Source: Nostoc punctiforme PCC 73102 (GTDB lineage Bacteria > Cyanobacteriota > Cyanobacteriia > Cyanobacteriales > Nostocaceae). Taken from it: 32,000 bases of DNA. The notes under the pieces are model-generated. The model ran no database searches, was not told the DNA's origin, and saw only the letters and a list, made by a program, of their open reading frames with translations. The DNA lies in NCBI RefSeq assembly GCF_000020025.1, contig NC_010628.1, forward strand, positions 1,020,001 to 1,052,000. Direction: 5' to 3'. Every line of letters starts with the position of its first letter. The first letter of the stretch is position 1. This document shows, piece by piece, positions 25,251 through 32,000 of this stretch. The translations under genes and the position numbers were made by a program.

Positions 25251-27518
25251 TTATCGCGTAATTCTCCGCATATAATTTCCCCACAACTGAGCGGCTTGAG
25301 CGCTGCTCCCAGATGTCGGAGAATTATTGTCGTTTCCCAGCCAGACACCAGTTACAAGCCGCCGACTTGGGATAAAACCTATAAACCATAAGTCAACGTT
25401 TTTATCAGTCGTGCCTGTTTTCCCAGCTTCTCCCAGCCCAATGGCAGCACTACGACCGGTACCTCTGCTGATGACACCACGCATTAAACTAGTCATCTCA
25501 TCGGCTACACCATTTGGCAAAACTCGTTTGTTAGCATCTGGATCTTGGTCGAAGGAGTAGATTACACGGCAGGTTTTGATATCATTGCGATCGCTGCAAT
25601 CACCACTGTCTAAAATTCGGTTAATCGCATGAGGAGGATTCCACACTCCACGATTGCCAATAGAGCCAAAAGCACCAGTCATTTCCAAAACATTGACCAC
25701 ACTTTGGCCTAGTACCAAGCCAGGAACCGGATCGAGGTTTGACTTGATTCCCAAATTCTGAGCCATCGCTACCACTTTATTCAGCCCGATTTCTCTAGCA
25801 ACTCCCAAGGCGATGGGATTTTCTGAAAGAGCCAGCCCGGTGGCAATATCTAAACTGCCAGCACCTGAACGACAGGGTTTGTAAGTGAAGCCTTGCCAAG
25901 TTAAAGGAGCGCAGGAATAACTCTTGGATGGTGAAATTCCCTGTTGAATAGCGGCGGTGTAAGCAAAGATTTTGAAGGTAGAACCTGGTTGTCTTTTAGC
26001 TTGAACAGCACGATTGAACTGACTTTTTTTGTAATCAGTTCCGCCTACCATTGCGAGGATGCCACCTGTACTGGAGTCAAGAGTTACTACAGCCCCTTGA
26101 GAAAAATTAAAATTTCCACCACTATTGTTGACTGAATTCCGCAACGCTGATTCAGCTTGGCTCTGGATCGCAGGATCAAGCTGGGTTTCAATGATATAAT
26201 TCCCTTCGTTTGCGGCTCCCTCGCCCAAAATTGATTCAAGTTCAGAGAAGACGTAACTGTAAAAATAAGGAGCGATCGTCTTAGCTTGTTGTTCACAAAC
26301 TTTAGGGCTAACTTGAACAGTGGAACGTCTAGCTCGGTTCGCATCTTCAGGTTTAATTTTGCCCATCTCCAGCAACCGCTTAATCACGCGGTTCCGGTAT
26401 TCAGCTGCTTCTAGCTTATTTGGCCCATCTCCACAAAAATCAAATGCGTTGGGAGCAGGTAAAATTCCTACCAATGTTGCTGCTTCTGCCAAAGTTAATT
26501 CTTTAGCAGGCTTCTCAAAGTAATACCGAGCTGCATCCTCAAAGCCAGAGGTATCTCCCCCCAAAAAAACCCGATTTAAGTACATCAGCAAAATTTCATC
26601 TTTGCTGTAAAAGGTTTCTAGCTTTAAGGCGACAACTGCTTCTCGTAATTTGCGTCCAAGGGTATCCTGTCTGCCTACATACTCTCGGAACAAACTGCGG
26701 GCAACTTGCTGCGTAACAGTGCTGGCTCCTTGTTGTACATCTCCGCTACGACTATTGATCAACACGGCTCGTAAAATCCCCAGAGGGTCAACCCCAAAGT
26801 GCCAGTAATAACGACTATCTTCTGAAGCTACTACGGCAGATGGCAAATAAGGGCCAAATTCCTCTAAACGCTTCATATCTACATGAGAGATAGTTCGAGG
26901 CTCTCTCAGTGGGGTGGCTCCATCACGGGCGTAAACAACTACTGGAGCGCGTGTAGCTGTAGGTAGGGGTTTAACTGAAAATTTTAGCCATTCTACGCCA
27001 ATTACCAACGCGAACAAGGCGCTGACACCACCAACACCATAAGCTGTCCAACTTGCAGCTTTGACATACCAGGCTGGTGGATCGACGTATTGTAAGCGCA
27101 CAGAAGCGGCGAGTTCTGGGGGTCCCAGAGTCAGAATATCGCCGTGACGTAGTTCTAGGGAATTAACACGACGCTTGCCACGATAAATGCCATTGGTGGA
27201 GTTTTCGTCTTTGATGACGAAAACTGGTGTGCGCTGAGTAGAATTGCGCGATAGTGACAGGTGAATTTGGCTGACAACAGGGTTACGGACGACGATATCG
27301 CTGGATTTGGAGCTACGACCGAGAATATAGCGATCGCCCAACAGTGGATACACCTCTGCTTTATCCGCCCCCGCATCCTGCACCCAGAGTTCTGGTACTT
27401 TGGCATTAGGCTTGAGCGCCAGTTTGGAAAAATCAACCCTAGCTTGGATAGTATGGACTGCTTGAGTCAGTTGACCAATTAACGTTTGTGGCTTGTGAGG
27501 GGGTTGGGGAGAACTCAT
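25251..27518 (-). CDS. Class A penicillin-binding protein (GT51 transglycosylase + transpeptidase) with an N-terminal cytoplasmic FHA domain
   Basis: FHA: YILGRSSKSSDIVVRNPVVSQIHLSL...NSTNGIYRGKRRV...GDILTLG. TM: AYGVGGVSALFALVIGVEWL. GT51: EDSRYYWHFGVDPLGILRA and RKLREA. Transpeptidase: GSTFK and GKTGTT. Confidence 0.9.
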   Translation of the reverse strand: MSSPQPPHKPQTLIGQLTQAVHTIQARVDFSKLALKPNAKVPELWVQDAGADKAEVYPLLGDRYILGRSSKSSDIVVRNPVVSQIHLSLSRNSTQRTPVFVIKDENSTNGIYRGKRRVNSLELRHGDILTLGPPELAASVRLQYVDPPAWYVKAASWTAYGVGGVSALFALVIGVEWLKFSVKPLPTATRAPVVVYARDGATPLREPRTISHVDMKRLEEFGPYLPSAVVASEDSRYYWHFGVDPLGILRAVLINSRSGDVQQGASTVTQQVARSLFREYVGRQDTLGRKLREAVVALKLETFYSKDEILLMYLNRVFLGGDTSGFEDAARYYFEKPAKELTLAEAATLVGILPAPNAFDFCGDGPNKLEAAEYRNRVIKRLLEMGKIKPEDANRARRSTVQVSPKVCEQQAKTIAPYFYSYVFSELESILGEGAANEGNYIIETQLDPAIQSQAESALRNSVNNSGGNFNFSQGAVVTLDSSTGGILAMVGGTDYKKSQFNRAVQAKRQPGSTFKIFAYTAAIQQGISPSKSYSCAPLTWQGFTYKPCRSGAGSLDIATGLALSENPIALGVAREIGLNKVVAMAQNLGIKSNLDPVPGLVLGQSVVNVLEMTGAFGSIGNRGVWNPPHAINRILDSGDCSDRNDIKTCRVIYSFDQDPDANKRVLPNGVADEMTSLMRGVISRGTGRSAAIGLGEAGKTGTTDKNVDLWFIGFIPSRRLVTGVWLGNDNNSPTSGSSAQAAQLWGNYMRRITR

Positions 27519-27945
27519 CGGCTATTCACATCACACTTTTTAGTGAAGAATGGGGCGAATTACAATTTTAGATGTTAGTCTTTCATCATTTTACTCATAA
27601 GCCAAAGCATAAATTAGCTATACGGTAATTTTTGATCCAATTTATACTTAATATTGCCTTTTAGTCTGAATAAGCTTGTGATTTTTATCACTTACTTACA
27701 GAAGCATAATTTTTTTTATTCTTAAATGCTTGTTATCTATAGCGTTTTTACTTAAATGACTAGCAGTATAGATTTTAGGATTGTGCTTATAAACACTAGT
27801 TGCTAACAAAGGACAGATTTAATTTTTACAGATTTTACATATTCACATATTCTGCGACAAACTGAAATATATTCATTTAGGAAGATTTTCTAAATCTCAT
27901 TATCTGTTTTAATGGGCCGAGTGTTCCGTTGAGGTAAATTTCAGA

Positions 27946-28647
27946 ATGATGGGAAAATCTCTGACCCTGATTGGTACAGCTCTATCCTTGGCTCTAACCA
28001 CTAATATTGCCGTAGCCGAATCCAGTAAATCCCCCATAGCTCAATCCAGTAGCGAATCTACTAGCGCACCAACGGAAATCAAGATGTCGCCAGAAGGTAT
28101 GAAAATTCTGTGCGAGTATTTTCCGCTTAACTCTCGCTGTCCCGGCGGCACAGCACTTACCCCTGGTGCGGCTCCTGGTAGCACTACAGCACCAGCAGAA
28201 ACCACACCTAGCACTGCTCCTGGTAGCACTACAGTACCAGCAGAAACCACACCGAGTAACATCACTCCTCCCGATAGCACTACAGCACCAGGAAGCGTTA
28301 CCCCACCTGATAGTGGAACTCCCGAAAGCACTCCAGCACCAGGAAGTGTTACCCCACCTGCACCTGGCGCTCCTAGTAACTTAACTCCAGCACCAGGAAG
28401 CGTTACCCCACCTGAACCTGGCGCTCCTAGTAACTTAACTCCAGCACCAGGAAGTGTTACTCCAACTGAACCTAGCACTCCTAGCAACTTGACTCCAGCA
28501 CCAGGAACTACTCCAACTGAACCTGGCACTCCTAGCAACTTAACTCCAGCACCAGGAACCGTTACTCCATCTGAACCTGGCGCTCCTACAGAACCAGGTG
28601 CCAACTCTCCAAGTACTCCATCTACTGCTCCTGCCACAGGTAAATAA
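27946..28647 (+). CDS. Secreted Pro/Thr/Ser-rich tandem-repeat protein
   Basis: Signal peptide MMGKSLTLIGTALSLALTTNIAVAES, a short Cys pair (CEYFPLNSRC), then repeats PGSVTPPEPGAPSNLTPA. I prefer it over the antisense ORF because of the signal peptide and an SD-like gaggt upstream. Confidence 0.6.
   Translation: MMGKSLTLIGTALSLALTTNIAVAESSKSPIAQSSSESTSAPTEIKMSPEGMKILCEYFPLNSRCPGGTALTPGAAPGSTTAPAETTPSTAPGSTTVPAETTPSNITPPDSTTAPGSVTPPDSGTPESTPAPGSVTPPAPGAPSNLTPAPGSVTPPEPGAPSNLTPAPGSVTPTEPSTPSNLTPAPGTTPTEPGTPSNLTPAPGTVTPSEPGAPTEPGANSPSTPSTAPATGK
28288..28600 (+). repeat. About 6 tandem copies of a 51/54-bp unit (plus a 45-bp x2 repeat at about 28170-28260)
   Basis: Units start with ccaggaag/ccaggaac at 28288, 28339, 28393, 28447, 28501 and 28552. 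Confidence 0.85.
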
Positions 28648-28815
28648 ATTAAAAGCTGGATACGTCTGACATACTAATTTACCATCAGCGATCGCCTGTG
28701 CATCTTGACTTTCTGCACCAGTTATGAAAACTGGTGTAGGATATAAATCCAAATCTCTGGAACCCATAAATCAAGTCTTTGCATATAGGACTGAGCTATG
28801 GTTTCAGTAATTAAT

Positions 28816-28840
28816 AGCCTGGGATTAATCATCCCAGGCT
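28816..28840 (-). terminator. 10-bp perfect-stem hairpin just downstream of the lspA stop
   Basis: agcctgggat-taatc-atcccaggct. The following sequence on the minus strand is A/T-rich but not a clean U-tract. Confidence 0.45.
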
Positions 28841-28847
28841 TAATAGT

Positions 28848-29324
28848 TTAATCCAACCTGCCAGTTGAAGTTGGTGTTTTTTGGAAGGAAGCAATTAACA
28901 GGAAAACAATACCAATACTAATAAAGGAATCTGCCACATTAAATACAGGAAAGCTAATCAGGCGAAAATCAAGAAAATCAACGACATGGCCTAAAACAAA
29001 GCGATCAATACCGTTGCCCATAGCTCCACCTAAAATTAAGCCATAGCCCAACTGATCCCATAAATTTAATGTTGGGCCAAACAAGGCCAACGCTATCAAT
29101 ACCAAACTCACTCCTAAAGATAGCCAGCGCAACCATTCTACTTTCCCACTTAACAGACTAAAGGCGGCACCAGTGTTAGTAACATAGGTGAAGTGAAATA
29201 TTCCAGTTAAGAGTGGTAGTGTTTGCCCCAAACTGAAGGTTTGTACCACCCAGTATTTTGTTATTTGGTCTAGGAAAAAAGCTATAAAGGCAGCAATCCA
29301 GAAAAGGCGGTTTTTTAAACGCAT
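28848..29324 (-). CDS. lspA: Lipoprotein signal peptidase (signal peptidase II)
   Basis: 158 aa, four TM segments. GAMGNGIDR and FNVADSFISIGIV motifs. Confidence 0.9.
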   Translation of the reverse strand: MRLKNRLFWIAAFIAFFLDQITKYWVVQTFSLGQTLPLLTGIFHFTYVTNTGAAFSLLSGKVEWLRWLSLGVSLVLIALALFGPTLNLWDQLGYGLILGGAMGNGIDRFVLGHVVDFLDFRLISFPVFNVADSFISIGIVFLLIASFQKTPTSTGRLD

Positions 29325-29328
29325 GAAA

Positions 29329-29411
29329 CTAGGGGCTAGAGACTAAGGACTAAGGACTAAGGACTAGGGGATAAGAAAATTGTAAATTTCTTGCCCCTAG
29401 CCTCTAGCCCC
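29329..29411. repeat. STRR array (GACTAAG/GACTAGG heptamers) with an inverted distal arm forming a hairpin in the bioY-lspA spacer
   Basis: ctaggggctagagactaaggactaaggactaaggactagggg ... cccctagcctctagcccc. Confidence 0.8.
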
Positions 29412-29418
29412 TTGATGA

Positions 29419-30006
29419 CTAATAAAACATTAAGTGACGCAATATATATGCTATTACAGTAACGGCACAGACCACACTTAATTGCCCTGGTAGTGCAAAC
29501 CAAGAGTATCTGAGGATTGCTTGCATCAAAGGTAGATTTTCTGTGCCTTTCCACTGAAAAATATAACTAATAATCAAATAACTAATACCGCATAGATGTA
29601 GAGTTAACAAGCCACAGATGCAACTAAAGGCAAGAGTTTCTAGTCGAGGTCTAGCTTTAAAGGCAACTAAGCCACAAATCCAAGCTCCAGGAATAAAGCC
29701 TAGTAGATAGCCAAACTGAGACAGCTTAACATAACCAATACCACCTCCATCAGCAAATACAGGTAATAAGGTTAACCCCATCACTAAATAGGCAATTTGC
29801 GAGAGCGCACCGGCATTTTTGCCCCCTAAACAACCTACTAACAGTACTGCGCCAATTTGAAAAGTGACACCTAAAGAAAAAGTCTGAATTCCGTGCTTAC
29901 TCCAATTCCAAGGAAAGGTGATGCCATAAGCTTCTAAGAAGGTACCACCCATTGTCAGGAGTAAGCCAATCATAGACCATAGTAATTGATTGGAAGCAGC
30001 AAACAT
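29419..30006 (-). CDS. bioY: Biotin transporter BioY (ECF S-component family)
   Basis: 195 aa, hydrophobic throughout. The N-terminal LLWSMIGLLLTMGGTFLEA and GYLLGFIPGAW regions resemble BioY. Confidence 0.8.
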   Translation of the reverse strand: MFAASNQLLWSMIGLLLTMGGTFLEAYGITFPWNWSKHGIQTFSLGVTFQIGAVLLVGCLGGKNAGALSQIAYLVMGLTLLPVFADGGGIGYVKLSQFGYLLGFIPGAWICGLVAFKARPRLETLAFSCICGLLTLHLCGISYLIISYIFQWKGTENLPLMQAILRYSWFALPGQLSVVCAVTVIAYILRHLMFY

Positions 30007-30680
30007 TTATCAGGCAACCAGGAAAAGGCAAAAAGGAAAACCAACAGCAACTAGGATGTTCATTAGTATTAAAATGAAATTTGTGCTGACACCTCTAAGA
30101 ATTAGCATATTTTTTTTTGCCTTTTTGGTATGTAACTTTTCAGTTCTACTAATTATGACTTAGGTGTCTATAGCTGTAATTTTATTGACTGAAGCGTAGT
30201 CTGATCTGGTATTTGACCTAATACATGGTAAAGTTAGCAAAATTTAGTATTTAAACTAAGTTTTTAGATTCAGCGCCAATTTATGCTAAAAATTGTTAAA
30301 TATGCTTCTTTAATTCACTTTTTTTAGCGATCGCCTCGCCTACTCTCCATAAAATAGGCAATTTATAGTTTTCCTTCTGCTTTATCTAAATTAGTTCACT
30401 GTCTAAATTTAGATTGTTTAGTTATGAATTTAAGTCTGCTTAGACCTATAAGCAGCAATAACTTTCATAAAATTCCAAAATTTATTAAGCTTTAAATAAT
30501 AACACAATTTATTATTAGACCAAAAAAGTGACGTTATAAATCAAGTTTTGCAAATATATGTAACCAAATTACTGTGGTACTATTGGTAATGTGTGACTAA
30601 AGCACCAGTATAAATTTTATCAAGCAAAAGCAGAAACGAGTGTTTGTTCTTCATTAAAAAAAACAAGCTTTTTTTACTTT

Positions 30681-30713
30681 GTTAACCTATCCTTTACCTT
30701 TACCTTAATCCTT
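30681..30713 (+). promoter_or_regulatory. Candidate Pho box (SphR/PhoB site): three direct 8-bp repeats with 11-bp phasing upstream of pstS
   Basis: gTTAACCTatc cTTTACCTtta cCTTAATCctt. A -10-like tattct follows about 6 nt downstream. The site lies 54-86 nt upstream of the pstS ATG. Confidence 0.55.
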
Positions 30714-30766
30714 TAGGGGTATTCTTAGAGGCGCTCACCTGAAAAGTTACCCAAACATTGATAGCG

Positions 30767-31948
30767 ATGCCTTCACCTCTTAGTGTAACAAAAATTCATC
30801 GCCTCACAGCTTCGGTTTCAGTGTTAGCACTGATAATCAGCCTAGCTGCATGTGGCGGACAGCAAAATCCAGATAATACAGCCACAAAGGATACCCCTTC
30901 TGGCACTGCTACAGATACTACTGCCTCCAGTACAACCAAATTAGATTTGGGTGGAAATCTCAAGTTAAGCGGGGCTGGTGCATCTTTCCCAGCACCACTA
31001 TATGATACATGGTTTACCGATCTAAACAAAAAATATCCAAATCTGCAAGTTGACTATGCCTCAGTTGGTAGCGGTGCCGGAGTTGAGCAATTTATCAAAG
31101 GGACTGTAGACTTTGGTGCCAGTGATGTTGCCATGAAGGATGAAGAAATCCAGAAGGTACCAGCGGATAGGGGCGTTATTTTACTGCCTGTAACTGCTGG
31201 TAGCATCGTGCTAGCTTACAACTTGCCAGATGTTGCAGAACTAAAGCTACCACGAGCCGTTTACGCTGATATTCTACTAGGCAAAATCACGTCTTGGGAT
31301 GATCCCCAAATTGCCAAGGCTAACCCAGGTGCAAAGCTTCCTAAAGAGAAAATCACAGTTGTTTATCGTTCAGATGGTAGCGGAACAACAGGTGTGTTTA
31401 CAAAACACCTCAGCGCTATTAGCCCGGAGTGGAAGACTAAAGTTGGTGAAGGCAAAACTGTCAACTGGCCTAGCGGAGTTGGTGCGAAGGGGAATGAGGG
31501 TGTTACCGCCCAAATCCAACAAACACAAGGTTCTATTGGTTATGTCGAGTACGGCTATGCCAAACAAAATAGTCTTAAGTTTGCTGCTTTGGAAAACAAA
31601 GGTGGTAAGTTTGTTGTTCCTAGTGAGGAGTCAGCCTCTAAAACTCTGGCATCAGTAACTCTACCGCCCGATCTCCGCGTCTTTATTTCCGACCCAGAAG
31701 GGGCCGATTCTTATCCCATCGTCACTTACACCTGGATTTTGGCTTACAAGAAATATCCCAATGCGGCAAAAGCTAAGGCAGTTGAAGCTGCGATCGAATA
31801 CGCTTTAACTGAGGGCCAAAAACAGGCTACAACATTAGGGTATGTTCCTTTACCCCAAAATGTGATCGCAAAGGTGGCTGCGGCTGCGGATCAAATTAGT
31901 CCAGACTATAAAATCGCTGTTGGTAGTGGTACTAGCGCTAGCAAGTAG
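30767..31948 (+). CDS. pstS: Phosphate ABC transporter substrate-binding lipoprotein PstS
   Basis: Lipobox LAACGG, Thr/Ser-rich linker, SGAGASFPAPLY, GSGAGVEQF, RSDGSGTTGVFT. The track start at 30758 is TTG, so I use the ATG at 30767. Confidence 0.9.
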   Translation: MPSPLSVTKIHRLTASVSVLALIISLAACGGQQNPDNTATKDTPSGTATDTTASSTTKLDLGGNLKLSGAGASFPAPLYDTWFTDLNKKYPNLQVDYASVGSGAGVEQFIKGTVDFGASDVAMKDEEIQKVPADRGVILLPVTAGSIVLAYNLPDVAELKLPRAVYADILLGKITSWDDPQIAKANPGAKLPKEKITVVYRSDGSGTTGVFTKHLSAISPEWKTKVGEGKTVNWPSGVGAKGNEGVTAQIQQTQGSIGYVEYGYAKQNSLKFAALENKGGKFVVPSEESASKTLASVTLPPDLRVFISDPEGADSYPIVTYTWILAYKKYPNAAKAKAVEAAIEYALTEGQKQATTLGYVPLPQNVIAKVAAAADQISPDYKIAVGSGTSASK

Positions 31949-32000
31949 CTACAGTGAAGACATGAGGCATTGTTAGACAATAATTTTTAAACTGGTTATT

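Noticed and set aside
28041-28637. 198-aa minus-strand ORF antisense to the Pro/Thr-rich gene, plus 28166-28384 (+) and 28540-28767 (-)
   Set aside because: The repeats keep several frames open. The plus-strand frame has a convincing signal peptide and an SD-like sequence, while the antisense product is a G/V/L-rich mirror with no start context. The 28540-28767 ORF overlaps the end of the plus-strand gene and has no recognisable features.
1-32000. Search for CRISPR arrays, tRNA/rRNA/tmRNA genes, intact IS elements, reverse transcriptase/DGR or retron components, and recognisable defence systems
   Set aside because: None found. The regularly spaced repeats are 7-nt STRR arrays or in-frame coding repeats, not 28-37-nt CRISPR repeats with spacers. 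No cloverleaf-capable segments were seen in the spacers. The only mobile-element-related gene is the decayed Rpn-family remnant.

Overview
This window looks like chromosomal DNA from a Nostocales-type cyanobacterium (Nostoc/Anabaena-like). Three things seen directly support that: about 25 copies of the HIP1 octamer GCGATCGC, heptameric STRR-type tandem repeats at most gene junctions, and a phycobilisome gene (apcD). Most of the window is conserved housekeeping. On the minus strand: asnS, rlmD-like methyltransferase, apt, lspA, bioY, a DppB/OppB-type ABC permease, an FHA-fused class A PBP, an RsbW-like anti-sigma kinase, a DUF92/VTE6-like membrane protein and a lipase. On the plus strand: apcD, purL, purF, pstS and a VOC-family protein. 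No rRNA, tRNA, CRISPR array or intact transposase was found.

Four regions stand out as accessory or poorly understood:
- Roughly 4.5-8.1 kb is an AT-rich, HIP1-free stretch. It holds a decayed Rpn-family nuclease/transposase gene, then a 4-Cys-prefix Ser/Thr kinase translationally coupled (ATGA overlap) to an unrecognisable secreted 6-Cys protein, and ends in MITE-like nested hairpins.
- A 691-aa glycine-rich protein (13984-16059, minus) is built from about 12 copies of a roughly 40-aa GTGTG...GNGNDTI...GTGTGGNGG unit. It is the only opposite-strand gene between co-oriented apcD and purL-purF, and AT-rich spacers flank it.
- A translationally coupled DUF3038/DUF4335-like pair of unknown function lies convergent with the FHA-PBP gene.
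- A secreted Pro/Thr-rich protein is encoded by 54-bp tandem repeats.

Smaller observations: a repeat-like in-frame segment inside purL, a three-repeat Pho box upstream of pstS, STRR arrays that bracket single genes or form inverted hairpins at convergent junctions, and a weak Yfr1-like motif. All family assignments come from reading the translations by eye. No database search was run.
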